Shown piece after piece: positions 24,682-37,489 of a stretch of DNA of 64,000 nt (positions are counted from its first letter, which is position 1; each line of letters begins with the position of its first letter). The notes under the pieces were generated by a model. It ran no database searches, was not told the DNA's origin, and saw only the letters and a list, made by a program, of their open reading frames with translations. Origin of the DNA: Chiloscyllium plagiosum (Eukaryota); the NCBI RefSeq assembly GCF_004010195.1, contig NC_057718.1:32256791-32320790 (forward strand), given 5' to 3'. The position numbers and the translations under genes were made by a program.

Positions 24682-25097
24682 TGTGATGATACTTTGGTTT
24701 CAAGAGGTATGTTTTGTCCTGTTTCCTTTAGAGCAGGATTGGGGGAAAGATGATGAGCAGTCCATAGGCAAGTAGACAGCTTGTGAGGTCTGGGATGTTT
24801 CTTAAAAGTTGGAATAATAGAAGCAGCCTGAATGGGTGTGGTCGAGCTCCCACAGAACCAGGGATTTTAGATTTAGCTTTCAGCAGATGCTGTTGGCATC
24901 TGAAGGGGGTGGGAGTTGTTCTTCCCCTCTCTCAGTTACAGCCAAACGGTAGTGGAATCTCTGCTTGCTATGGGAGTTTCGGATAAGACAATGTGTTTTC
25001 TGAATTTACATTTTGCCAAGGGTGTGTTTATGGGATGTTATGAATGGGAACAGTTAATGAGGAAAAGTTACTGTATCTGTTATTCTGTTATGTTTTT
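24682..25097 (+). repeat. 5' LTR of Gypsy element, 3'-truncated by PLE insertion
   Basis: Starts TGTGATGAT; shares aatagaagcagcctgaatgggtg, cagaaccaggg and tttgccaagggtgtgtttatgggatgtt with 28487-29094. Confidence 0.8.
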
Positions 25098-25525
25098 CGA
25101 CTTGACACTGACATTTTTTACAAACCCACCGACTCCCACAGCTACCTGGATTACACCTCTTCCCACCCTACCTCTTGCAAAAATACCATCCCGTATTCCC
25201 AATTCCTCCGCCTCCACTGTATCTGCTCCCAGGAGGACCAGTTCCACCACAGAACACACCAGATGGCCTCCTTCTTTAGAGACCGCAATTTCCCTTCCCA
25301 CGTGGTTAAAGATGCCCTCCAACGCATCTCATCCACATCCCGCACCTCCGCCCTCAGACCAAACCCCTCCAACCGCAACAAGGACAAAACGTTCCTGGTG
25401 CTCACCTTCCATCCTACCAACCTTCGCATAAACCAAATCATCCACCGACATTTCCGCCACCTCCAAACAGACCCCACCACCAGGGATATATTTCCCTCCC
25501 CACCCCTCTCAGCCTTCCGCAAAGA

Positions 25526-25811
25526 NNNNNNNNNNNNNNNNNNNNNNNNNNNNNNNNNNNNNNNNNNNNNNNNNNNNNNNNNNNNNNNNNNNNNNNNNNN
25601 NNNNNNNNNNNNNNNNNNNNNNNNNNNNNNNNNNNNNNNNNNNNNNNNNNNNNNNNNNNNNNNNNNNNNNNNNNNNNNNNNNNNNNNNNNNNNNNNNNNN
25701 NNNNNNNNNNNNNNNNNNNNNNNNNNNNNNNNNNNNNNNNNNNNNNNNNNNNNNNNNNNNNNNNNNNNNNNNNNNNNNNNNNNNNNNNNNNNNNNNNNNN
25801 NNNNNNNNNNN
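25526..25811. other. Assembly gap (N run)
   Basis: 286 N characters. Confidence 1.
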
Positions 25812-25988
25812 TGACTTGTCCGGACTTGTCCGACCTGCCTAGCTCCTTTTCCACCTATCCACTCCACCCTCTCCTCTCTGACCTATCACCTTCATCCCCT
25901 CCCCCACTCACCTATTGTACTCTATGCTACTTTCTCCCCACCCTCCTCTAGCTTATCTCTCCACGCTTCAGGCTCTCTGCCTTTATTC

Positions 25989-26016
25989 CTGATGAAGGGC
26001 TTTTGCCCGAAACGTC
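25989..26016 (+). ncRNA. Minimal hammerhead core in the PLE 3' terminus
   Basis: CTGATGA-A-GGGC-TTTT-GCCC-GAAA-CGTC; helix I is weak in cis (2 bp). Confidence 0.65.
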
Positions 26017-26115
26017 GATTTCGCTGCTCCTTGGATGCTGCCTTAATTGCTGTGCTCTTCCAGCACCACTAATCCAGAATCTGGTTTCCAGCATCTGCAG
26101 TCATTGTTTTTACCT

Positions 26116-28330
26116 GGCTCTTTCAGTCACTCAGAGTTTTCTGGGAGTGGAAGAAGACACTTTGGGTAGTTTATAGAAAGTGAGCAAGACAAAATCTTTG
26201 GAGTTAGCTAATAGGTTGAAGCTGGAGTTGCTTGTGTCTGTGAGGAAAGAGGAGATAATTTCAGCATCAGCTCGAGATTAACAATTATCAATAATGCAAT
26301 CAGAATAATTGGAAATGGCTAAAACTCAGTTATAAATGAAGCAGCTTGAATTGGAGGCAATGGTAAGGGAATTAAAAAAAGAAAGAATAGCCCTGATAGA
26401 ACAAAAGATAAAAGAAAGAGAGGCAAAAGCAAAAGAGAGAGAGAAAAATAATTGCAGTGGGACAAACAGCAAATGAATTAAAACAGCTTAAATATGAATA
26501 GGAAATGAAACAGTTTGAATGACGATTAAAAGCAGAACAAAGAGAGTCTTTGAATGTGGGAAGTTGGAAATGAAATATGAAAGTCAGCTTAGAATGGCAA
26601 AGGTAGAAAATAGGTCTATTAATGATGAAGAGCAAAGCCATCATAGCCAAAAGTTTAGTTGGGATTTATTTAAATATGTCAAGCATTACCCAAGTTTGGT
26701 GAGAAGGACATAGAAGCCATTTGCATTTCATTTGAGAAAGTGGCTATACAAATGAAATGGCCAGTGACCATGTGGGTATTGTTGATTCAGACAAAATTGG
26801 TAGGTAGGGCAAGTGAGGTATTTAAATTACTATCAGAGGAGTTACCTGGGAAGCATGATGAGGTGAAAAGAAAACCATATTAAGTGCTCAAGGAGTAGTG
26901 CCAGAAGCCTCCAGACAACATTTTAGGAATTCAAGAAGGGAACCATGTCAAGTGTACATAGCGTTTGAAAGGATCAAACAAAGCAACTATGATATGTGGA
27001 TGGGGGATTGAAAATAGATTTGACATATAATACTGACAGAGGCTGTTATTTTGGAGGAATGCAAAACTTAACTTCCTGAAGTGGCATGGTGGCTCAGTGG
27101 TTAGCACAACTGCCTCACAGCATCAGGGACTTGAATTCAATTCCACCCTTGGGCGACTGTCTGTGTGGAGTTTTCACATTCTCCCTGTGTCGACCTGGGT
27201 TTCCCCTGGTTGCTCCAGTTTCCTCAGTCCAAAGATGTGTAGATTAGGTGGATTGGCCATGCTAAATTGCCCATAGTGTCCAGGGATGTGCAGGCTAGGT
27301 GGATTAACCATGGGAAATACAGGGAGAGGATAGGGGCGGTGGGTCTGGGTGGGATACTCTTTGGAGGGTCGGTGTGGATTCGATGGGCCGAATGGCCTGT
27401 TTCCACATTTAGGGATTCTATGGATAGTGAGAACTCACATGGAAGAGCAGCGAGTTAAGACTGTAAGATTAGCAGTGGAAATGGCAGATGATTATGAGTT
27501 AGTCCGTAAATCAAAGTTTGGCTTCCAACATCAATTTCAATCTGTGAGGAATAGAAATTAGGGAAAATGGAAATCCTCAGATTGTAAAGGAAAAGAGATC
27601 TCATTTAAGATAGTAAAGATAGTTTACCACAGGGTAAAAAGGAAACCCATGAGGGGGAAAGAGAAGCGAAAAACCCTGAGGTGTTTTTCACTGTAATAAA
27701 GTAGGCCACATGGAGTCACAGTGTTGGTGGTTTAAGAAAAGCTCTGGGAACACAAGTGTAGTAAAACAGGATAAGCCTGTGGGGTTTATGGAAGTGGTAA
27801 AGGAGATCCGACTGGAACCCAAAGAGTTGCAAAAGGACGTACAGGCATATCACGGGTTGGTAAATAAGAAAGTACCAGATCTCTTTAAAGAATTTACCTG
27901 TGTTACTCAAGTTTACTCATGTGCCAGGAGAAGAAGGTATGACATTAAAAGTTTAAGAAATACAGGAGCAAGTCAATCTTTGATGGTGAGAGATGAGGAG
28001 GTATGTATTTTGGAAGGAGTACGGCCTGAATATATGGTAACATGTGGAATTCAGGATGTGAAGAATAGTGTTCCATAGTATAAGGTGAGGTTAGAGAGTC
28101 TGGTGAAAAGTGAAGGGCTGGTAGGAGTAATAGAGAAATTCTCTATTCTGGAGATACAGTTTACCCTCAGGAATGATAGAGCTTGCTCAGAGATGGGATT
28201 GAAGCCTACTGTGGTTAAAAAGCCAATGGAAAATCAGACAACTGACATGGTGTAGGAAGTATATCCTGGAATTTTTTTCCTGACTTTGTGGGAACAAGGT
28301 CACAAAGCCATAGGTTGAAATAGGAGGACA
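26116..28330 (+). pseudogene. Gypsy gag-protease remnant (SCAN-like capsid, CCHC knuckle, mutated aspartic protease); no RT/RNase H/integrase visible
   Basis: FEKVAIQMKWPVTMWVLLIQTKLVGRA ~26730; VPEASRQHFR ~26898; C..C-NKVGH-MESQC ~27682-27724 (frameshifted); LRNTGASQSL ~27953; many stops. Confidence 0.8.
27081..27423 (+). mobile_element. HE1-type V-SINE inserted in gag
   Basis: tRNA-like head ggtggctcagtggttagc...ttcaattcc, V-domain, CR1-like tail; splits LPEV|VRTH. Confidence 0.9.
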
Positions 28331-28486
28331 AATCAAAGAATAAAAATAAGGAATCAAGTGATCAAGTGATTGCTTGCTTCGAGTCAATGTAGTGTATGTG
28401 TATTGTATTATACTAATAGCGTAAGACTAAATATTTATAAAAATGAAGCCATCTTTATATATTGTTGTTTTAAAGACAGAGGGAGG

Positions 28487-29094
28487 GATGATGATATTGT
28501 TGCTTGAAGAGGTGTATTTTGCCCTGGATTTTTTGTTTTAAAGAGTGGTTTTGAGTCATAGATATTGAGTCTATTTGAAGCCAATAAAGTAAAACTGTTT
28601 GTGAGGCCCTGAGGTTTTTATTTTCAAAAGTTGTAACAATAGAAGCAGCCTGAATGGGTGGAGTCAGATTCCAACAGAACCAGGGTTTTAGTTTAGCTTT
28701 AAGCAGTTGTTGGGGTTTTGAAGTTGGCTGTGGAAGCTGTCTCTCTCAGTTTCTCTGTTACAGCTAAAAGCTTTGGTTCTTTGTCTCACATTTGATTCTG
28801 GCAGCAGCAAATCTCTTTTACTGACTTTGTCTTTGCCAAGGGTGTGTTTATGGGATGTTGCTACACTGGAACAGTTGCTGTTTAGTAGGTAAAAATATAT
28901 TATTCTATCAAGTTTTCCAATAGAGTTAAATAGTTTTTCCTTATTTTGTTTGTATTTTGATTGGGGTTAATAATAATGTCTTCTGCTTTAAGCCAAGTAG
29001 AGTGACCACCTTACACTTGCCTTTAAATAAGATAAAAGTTAGGGTCTAGGCTATCCCCTTGATATATTTGCAGGGTTTGGTCTGATATATAACA
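28487..29094 (+). repeat. 3' LTR of Gypsy element
   Basis: Preceded by polypurine tract aaagacagagggaggg (28472-28487); ends ataACA; similar to 24682-25097. Confidence 0.8.
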
Positions 29095-29269
29095 AAAGGT
29101 ATCTTGTGTGTTGAGCCCTGTATCCTGTGATCTGACAATTAACCTTATGTATTTGGTCTTAATGATTTAGCACGCTGGGGCAAACTGCCCTCTATTTAAT
29201 TGTAATTCTGTCACTGAGCAATATGTGACAGAATTTAGATTATTAGCCATGCCAAGCAGTTGGTAATAG

Positions 29270-30395
29270 GCTAAACTATCCAACATGTGCAACTGTCCTT
29301 GTCATCAACACAGCATTTAACAGAATGTGGTATTAAGGAATCTAATAAAATTGAAATTGGAGGAAAGCAGGAAGAAGACTCTCCACAGGCAAGAATCAAC
29401 TTAGCATGAAGGAAGTTAGTTGTGGTTGTGGCTGGGCAATGCTCAAGGGTAGGATAAACAGAAATTTAATCATTAAGGGGATCAAGAGTTCTGGGGGAAG
29501 GCACTAAGGTAGAGTTGAGTATTATCAGATCAGCCAGGATATCATTGAATGGCAAAGTAGATTTGATGGGCCGAATGCCTTACTTCTGCTTCTATGGTCT
29601 CATGGGTTTATGGTCTCATGTTTGTTGGAAATTATTTATCTCAGCCTCAGGTCATCACTTCAGGAGTTCCTCAGGGCAGTGTGCTCGTTCCCAACGCCTT
29701 AAACTGCTTCATCAGTGAACATTCCTCTGTCATCCGATCAGAAGTGGAAATGTTCACAGTACTCAGCACCATTTGCAACTCTTCGGAAAGTGGATATTCT
29801 GTGCCCGCATGCACAAACCTTGAACAGCCTTCACATGAGCTGAAGAGTGGCAAGAAATGTTTGCACTACAATCATTTCTGAAAGGAGAAAGTCTAACCAT
29901 ATGAGTGAATAACACATTTCATGACCAATCCCAAACATGCAAGACTCAACTACCACACATTTGACTGGATGAGCAATGCATAAACAACTTTCTGGAAATT
30001 GGACACCATCGCAGACAAACCAGTCTACTTGATTGGTACCCCATCCACTCTCTCCATTGTGGGTACAGTGTGTACCACTCACGTGATGTTCTGCAGCAAT
30101 GGGCATGGATTCTTTGACAGCATCTCTCAAACCAGCAACCTCTAATACCTAAAAGGATAGGGAAAGAGATGCAAGAGAATACAACTGACTAAGTTCCCTG
30201 CTAAGTCATATACCACCCTGATCAGGAAATATATTGGTGTTCCTTCTTTGTTGCTAGATCAGAATCCTTCACTACATGACGACATCAGGTTAGGATGATA
30301 ACTCACTGGCAACTTCTTAAGGGAAATTAAAGATGGAGAATAAATTGTTACCTTGTTGGCAACCCTCAAATTCTGTGAACGAATTAAAGTAAAAA
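29270..30395 (+). mobile_element. Degraded LINE RT/3' fragment with a small CR1 tail at ~29445-29615
   Basis: ITSGVPQGSVLVP in ORF 29594..29881. Confidence 0.7.
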
Positions 30396-32384
30396 TGTTA
30401 AACAAGCTTATGCATCAATAACTTAGCTTATAAAGATAGGATACTGGATATTACGCTGTGATGCAAGAAGACTAAAAGCTGGTCACAAACCCTTAATCAA
30501 ACAAATTGATCAGACAACTACTTATTTTTATCTACAGTGGAGTATTTCTTTGTAATATGAAATAATGTCTTGTTTTGCAGTTGAAATGAAATAGTGTTTG
30601 TGTGAATCTTTATAAATGTATGGTTACACAGCTTGCTAGATCAGTAACGTTTGGGCATAGGATTCCATTTTGACCTCAGAGCAAATTTCCTTTCCAAGAG
30701 TCATGAGAGTCCAGCCAGTTGTGATTGCTGAGCATACAGACGATTTGCAAACATTCCAGGATTCTGCGTGGCATGTTCAGTTAACATTGGCTTCTGTGAA
30801 TTGTTAATAAATAATATTTGCCCAGTTTGTCAATTCTTGAAAAGTTTGGAATTAAAACATTGGCATCTGAAAACATGCTGAGCCTTTTATAAAGGTTGCA
30901 ATCGACCAGTCATCTCCTCCAGCAGCAGACATACTTCATCTGGACAGTTTCAATATAGGGTCAGAGTTGCACCTTTTTGTAATTCATTCCTAGGATGTGG
31001 GTGGCACTGACTGTGGCAGCATTCATTGAGAAAGTGCGAGTGAGCTGTCTGTTGCTAAGAAAATTCTTGTGACTCATATATGGTGGTTTCACTCCAAAGC
31101 ATCATGAGATACTAATTTCCTTAATACTTTACAGCATTTGCAAGGTATATTGAGGGGGATAAAAAAAGTTAATTGGCTCATTAAACTAGCTCCAATTCCC
31201 TAAATGAAGTCCGTAGAATTTGACTTAAGTTTTTGCCCAACATTTAAGTGTTGCAGGATCTGAAGTCACTATTGTTAATTAAATTGAAATTATTTTGTTC
31301 TTTACTGAAATTTGAACAGTCTCCTACATATTTAATGCTTTTAAACACTATCGGTCAGTGCCAGAAAAGCATTGTGGGTTGGAGATCCTATATTGTGCAG
31401 TTTTGTTTATGTTAGCTCTTTCCCTTACAATACAGATGATGAAAGATTGGTGAAACATAACTGATGGTGAAATCATGACAAGATCATGTTCTGCTCTTTT
31501 CAAATGTTAAAATTGGACTTTTCTGTATAAATTAAATCTGTGGTTTGCTTTTTACAGAGCAACAAACTGTATTGGAAAATGTGATGCACGTGTTGAGTTG
31601 CCTTGAAGCGTATCAGTCTCGACTACGGGCCATTACTCAGACCGATTTCCAATTGTACATTGTTTTATTGGATTGTGTGTGCATGCATTTAAAAGTGAAT
31701 GCAATCGAAATTCTGTTGAAATTATATCCTAAAGGAAAACTGCCTCATAACCGTTTTGGGTGTTGATGAATGCTTTTTCATCCTGAGAGGGACAATATCA
31801 TATGATCAGTATTACAGAAAGATGAATCATATTCATTCATGTTGATCGAACGCTGCTACTTATGTTACTTTGCACAGGAAATGTGACTGCTTTAGCAAAG
31901 AGAGAAGCTTTATATTTGGCAGGGTTGCTAAGTTAGATTCGTATTATTGATATTGAAATAACTGTTCTTTCGAGCACTTATTTCCTGCTGTAGCAACTTG
32001 GAAATTTCTCACTGTTTTGCTTTTTGTGAACCATTTCTACAGTGAGCATTTCTGCAACATTTACTAAGATCAGTGAATTGCAGAGCCTGTGTAATGCCTG
32101 CTATGCAGTCTGTACATCCCAAAATTGATGGATAGTATCAGTCACATGTTTGTAACAAGTAAAATATTGACCACACCTAACACCAGTGCCTGCTAAATTC
32201 ATGACATAGTACCCAACAAAGATTTGATTGGATAATTGGACAACATTTGCTAAATAGTCCCAAGTGTGCAAAGAATTACACTGACAACCAATTTAAGATT
32301 GGTTTAGTTAAGTTGGGTTCACAGGATTTGTGAGTTCTGGATGCTACATGTATTAATCGATATGGCACTGTTCATTACATGGTA

Positions 32385-32990
32385 GATTTGATTTGTTTCA
32401 ATTTATTATTGTCCCATGTACCCAGGTAAATGTTTTGTTGTGTGTGCAGTACATGCAGATTAAACCATACAAAGAATGTAGGGTGAAAGAACAGTGAAAG
32501 GAATACAAAGTTACAGCAGCAAGGTAGGTGTACAGAAAGCGATAAATATTAGATTTGGAATTTAAGAAGATCATAATAGTGGAAAAGAAGCTGATCTTGA
32601 GCCTGTTGGTATGTGTGTTTAACAGTGAAAGGAATACAAAGTTACAGCAGCAAGGTAGGTGTACAGAAAGCAAGATAAATATTAGATTTGGAATTTAAGA
32701 AGATCATAATAGTGGAAAAGAAGCTGATCTTGAGCCTGTTGGTATGTGTGTTTAAGCTTTTGTTTCTTCTGCCTGATGAACAAGTTTAGAAAGGATTATA
32801 AACAGGGTGGGAGGGGTCTTTGATGACGTTGGCTGCCTTTCCGAGGCAGCGAAAAGTGTACATGGAGTCAATGGATGGAAGATTGGCTTGCATGAAGGAC
32901 TCAGTTGTGTTCACCACTCCCTGTAGTTTCTTATGGTGATGTGAAGAGCAGTTGTCATACAATGCCATGATGCATCCAGATAGAATGTTT
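32385..32990 (-). mobile_element. Rex1/Babar-like LINE 3' fragment
   Basis: ORF 32786..32968 KKLQGVVNT...LPSIDSMYTFRCLGKAANVIKDPSHP, typical of the Rex1 C-terminus. Confidence 0.75.
32490..32755. repeat. Tandem duplication, ~131/133-bp unit x2
   Basis: aacagtgaaaggaatac... starts at 32490 and 32621; copies differ by a 2-nt indel. Confidence 0.95.
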
Positions 32991-32999
32991 TCTACTGGT

Positions 33000-35145
33000 T
33001 AACTCTCTGCTTTCTACTGGTTAACCAGTCCTCTATCCATGCCAGTACATTCCCTACAACTCTATGCATTCTTATCTTATGAATGCGTATTTTATGCGGC
33101 ACCTTATCGAATGCCTTCTGGAAATTCAAGTATACAATTTGCACCTGTTTCCCCTCCATCCATCATGCTTGTCACATCCTCAAAGAACTCCAGTAAGTTT
33201 GTCAAACAGAGCTTCCCTTCCTGAATCTATGCTGTGTCTGCCTGATGGAACCTTTCCATCCAGACATCTCACTATTTCTTCTTTAATGATATCCTCCGGC
33301 ATTTTCCTGATTACAGATATTAAGCTAACTGGCCTATAGTTACCTGCCTTTTGCCTACACCCTTTTTAAAACAGTGGACCTGCCCGGAGTCCAGTGAATT
33401 TTGGTAAATTACCACTAATACTTCTACTATGACTTCTGCCATTTCTTTCAGCACCCTGGGATGCATTTCATCACGACTACCTTTAGGCCCTCAAGTTTGC
33501 TCAACACTACCCCTTTAATAATAACAATTGAACTGAGGTCCTCACCTCCCATCGTATCCTTAACATCATTCTTTGGGATGTTAGACACATCTTCCACTGT
33601 GAAGACTGACACCAAATAGTGATTAAAGGCCTCAGCCTTTTCAGTATTAACCAATATTAATTCCCCTTTTTTCATCCTTTAAGAGACCTACTTCCACCCT
33701 TTTCCATTTTATATATTTATAAAAACTTTTCCTGCCTGTTTTTAAATTCTTTGCTGGTTTGCATTCGTAATCTATATTTCCTATCTTTATTGGTTGCTTT
33801 GGGGTTCTTTGTTGCTTTTGAAAGTTTTTCTAATCTTCCTGTTTCCCACTACTCTTGGCTACTTTGTAAGCCCGAGCTTTTAATTGGATGCCTTCCTTTA
33901 TTTCCTTAGTTATCCCAAGCTAGCTCTTCCTACCCTAGCTCTTCTTGTATTTGACTGGAATTTACCTTCCTTGAGCAAAAAATCTCTTTGCTCAACTATT
34001 CTACCATGTAACTTGTGTTCCCATTCTAATTTAGTCAACTCTTTCATCATCGTGTTGTGGTCTCCTTTGTTTAAACATAACGCCCTAGTTTTAGGTGATA
34101 CTATTTCACCCTCCATTTGTATCTGAAATTCGATCATACTATGATCACTGTTTCTGAGAGGATTCTTAACTATGAGACCACTAAATTTACTTGTCTTATT
34201 ACACAGGAACGGATCTAAGATAACACGCTCCTTTGTAAGTACAGTGACATGCTGTTCAAGAAAGTTATCACGGATGAATTCTATGAACTTCTCCTCAAGA
34301 CTGCCTCTATTGACTTGATTCAGCCAATTAATGTGCATGTTGAAGTCTCCCATGACTACGGCTGTAGTCAGATTTTTCTTGATTGATCGCCTACGCCACT
34401 GTAGCATTATTATTGGGTGGCCCATAGACTACTCCCACCAGTGACTTCTTCCCCTTGATATTACTGATATCTGCCCAAATGGAGTCAACATTTTGCTCCT
34501 GAGATCCTGTATCGTTTCTCCCTATCACCCTAATCTCGTCCTTAATTAAGAGCGCAACCCACCTTCCTGCCTATCCTTCCTAGTTACCTGACACCCTTGG
34601 ATATTTAATTCCCAGTTATCACCAACCTGCAACCACGTTTTTTCAGTAAGGGCGACTAAATCATACCCTTTTATACTGATATGCAGAACAAGTTCATCGA
34701 CTTTGCTTCAAATACGACAGTCATTCAGATCAAGTGCTCTTGTACGCATTGTCCCTTTAGAATCTAGCAATCTAGCAATTACATATGATTCTGTCACCCA
34801 ATTTTACTTTTGTCTTTTCTAATTTTTGCTCAGGTCTTTACATTGCTTCCTTCTGCCTTTCTGCCTGGACTCCCATCCTCTTTGCATTTTAGTCTACCCT
34901 TCCTCACAATCTCTCTACTCATTGCAGCTACCTTTACACCAACTGCTGCATCTTCTGAGCTGACGCTGTGGTTCCCACCCCCCCCCCCCCCCCCCCTAGT
35001 TTAAAGCTTCCCCAACAGCTCTGGCAAACCTGTCTGCAAGGATATTGGTCCCCCTTGAGTTCAGGTGTAACCCATCCCTTTTCTACAGGTCATACCTTCC
35101 CCAGCAGAGAACCCAATGATTCAAAAATCTGAAACCCTGCTCCTG
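33000..35145 (-). mobile_element. CR1-type LINE, endonuclease to RT N-terminal region, degraded
   Basis: ORF 33910..34425 has VVMGDFN and NSDHSMIEF (APE endonuclease motifs); ORF 33448..33675 has AEAFNHYLVSVFTVED. Confidence 0.88.
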
Positions 35146-35922
35146 TTATTCAATACAACACTCTTACCATTCTGTGTTCACTTGCCAGTCAAACAGCACT
35201 CTCCCCTCATCCTAAGTTTCCCTCCCATTGGTATTCTTACAAATTGTCCTGATGACTGTAAGGCCAAAAGCTTTGACAAAATGTGACAGTTTTCAACAGC
35301 ATATTAAGTGCATTTGATTGAAATATAAGTCTAAAGATAGTTCTTAGATTTGCCTTCTCCTTGACTAGTCTGTGTCAAATTCAAACTTATAGTGAGGCAT
35401 CAAATGACACGATAAAAGAGCACACAGGAATACATATAGGATGTTGTATTGCACCCTGTATTGCAAGCTCTCAAATTAATGAGCTGTAGTGATGGAAGAA
35501 AAATAACATCAAAGTATCACATTTACCAGCTATTTAGTTCAGACATAACACAAGTTAATGCACCCAGTATAGAGAATGAAATTACACTGACAAAAACATT
35601 CTTTGATGCTTTCTTCTGTTTTCAATTTCCTATTTAAAGCAATAAACAAGTAATCTAAAACATTCATTTTCATTCTACATTACAGCCGTCCCAATGAGAT
35701 GAAAGGATGTGTATCTGTAGGAGGTGATTCACAGGATTCCACATTAAGAATGCCTGCAGATGAAATAATTAACATTCATATAGCCAACCTTCACTAACTT
35801 AAGATGACCCAAGTGCTTCTCAGCTAATTAATTACTTTCTTTGAACTCACTACTACAATATAGAGAACAAAACAGTTGGTTTGCACATATTAGGGTCCTA
35901 TAATGAGATAAGTAACAACTAG

Positions 35923-36114
35923 AGTTGAGAGTGTAGTGCTGGAAAGCACAGCAGGTCAGGCAGCATCTGAGGAGCAGGAGAATCGAAAATTCATCAGGAA
36001 TTTTGCTCAAAGGGCGTTTGCTCAAAACGTCGATTCTGCTGCTTGACCTGCTGTGCTTTTCCAGCATAACATTCTCTACTCTAATCTCCAGCATCTGCAG
36101 TCCTCACTTTCGCC
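35923..36114. mobile_element. PLE-derived fold-back element with rearranged centre, inside an old SINE
   Basis: Inverted arms gctggaaagcacagcaggtca / tgacctgctgtgcttttccagc; TSD ATAA(G/A)TAACAACTAG at 35908-35922 and 36115-36129. Confidence 0.82.
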
Positions 36115-36433
36115 ATAAATAACAACTAGTCTGGTGTTGGTTGTAGGATAACTGTTGTCCATGAATCATTTACATCCAATGGGAAGTTGGTTTAGAATTT
36201 CATATTGAAGTAGCATTTTTAACAGGTAGTGCTTTCTTAATATTTGCGCTGAATTGATCACCAAGATAATATGTCTAAATCTTTAGAGCTTTCTGGTTCA
36301 GAGATTACTGAGGATGCTGCTGTCCAGCCAAGGCTAATGCACTAATTCATTTCCCTTTTGTGTTCATACAATTGTATAAAGACTAAAAGTGAAGTAGGTT
36401 AGAAATAGGGCATGATTGACTGAAGGTAATTCT

Positions 36434-36524
36434 AGGTAAAAACAATGACTGCAGATACTGGAAACCAGATTCTGGATTAGTGGTGCTGGAAGAGCACAGC
36501 AGTTCAGACAGCATCCGAGGAGCA
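36434..36524 (-). mobile_element. PLE 3' terminus fragment, same subfamily as 26025-26115
   Basis: Near-exact reverse complement of 26025-26115. Confidence 0.85.
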
Positions 36525-36596
36525 GTTCTTGGGCAATCAAAACTCAGGCATTACATCACTGCTGATGGGAGTCAGATGTAATTTATGTAAACATAT

Positions 36597-36924
36597 TCAT
36601 AGAATCTCTACAATGTGGAAGCAGGCCAATCAGCCCATCGAGTCCACACCAGTCCTCTGAACAGCATCCCACCCTATCCCTGAAACCCTGCATTTCCCAA
36701 GGCTAATCCACTTAACCAACACATCCCTGGTCACTATGGGCAATTTAGCATGGCCAATCCACTTAACCTACACATCTTTGAACTGTGGGAGGAAACCAGA
36801 TTACCCGGAGGAAACCTGCGCAAACATGGGCAGAATGTGCAAACTCTATATAGACAGTCGCCTGAGACTGGAATCGAACCCGGCTCTGTGATGCAGCTGT
36901 GCTAACCACTAAGCCACCATGCTG
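36597..36924 (-). mobile_element. HE1-type V-SINE
   Basis: Reverse complement of tRNA head, V-domain and tail. Confidence 0.9.
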
Positions 36925-37038
36925 TAATATTAATATTGTCAAAAGAAATTCTAAAACAAAAAGTTGGCACAAAAATGTGACAATAGTTAAGATTTGAAGA
37001 GAGGAAATATGAACAGATGCTAGATTTTTAATAAATAC

Positions 37039-37107
37039 AGGAGAAAGTGAGGACTGCAGAAGCTGGAGATCAGAGCTGAAAAATGTGTTGCTGGAAAAGC
37101 GCAACAG
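37039..37107 (-). mobile_element. Truncated subfamily A PLE terminus (single arm)
   Basis: aggagaaagtgaggactgcag...gctggaaaagcgca, matching 12773-12838. Confidence 0.85.
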
Positions 37108-37489
37108 TTCTGTGAGGGCACAGATTAGAAAATGGAGGCTCTGTTTTTCAAGTTTCACCAAGCACATTAGGTTATGTTCAATAAATGATTTTTACTTATG
37201 AAATTAACAAGAATATGAGCATAGTGTGAGCAGCATGTACCGTGGGTACAGCGAACTGCCCCACAAGAAATTGTAAAATTGGACTCCTGTTTGTTCCAGG
37301 ATTCTGTAATCAACATTGTTAGAAGTCATTTTCACTTTTGGAAAAGATGGAAATGGAAAGGAAAATTGACAAGGTGTATACTAAGGGACCAATCATGACT
37401 GTCTGCCTGGTATTTCCATCAAGGGGGGAAATCAGCTTGCATGCTGTACACCGTACACAGTGCATCACTTACACAAGGCTCATGAATCC

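Larger units (their letters stand above)
25098..26115 (+). mobile_element. Young Penelope-like element: RT C-terminus and 3' terminus, spanning an assembly gap
   Basis: ORF 25044.. reads TDIFYKPTDSHSYLDYTSSHPTSCKNTIPYSQFLRLHCICS, typical of PLE RT C-termini; terminus ccagcatctgcagtcattgtttttacct. Confidence 0.88.

Noticed and set aside
25044..25867. ORFs of 238-256 aa
   Set aside because: Length inflated by the N gap; the real part is PLE RT or its antisense
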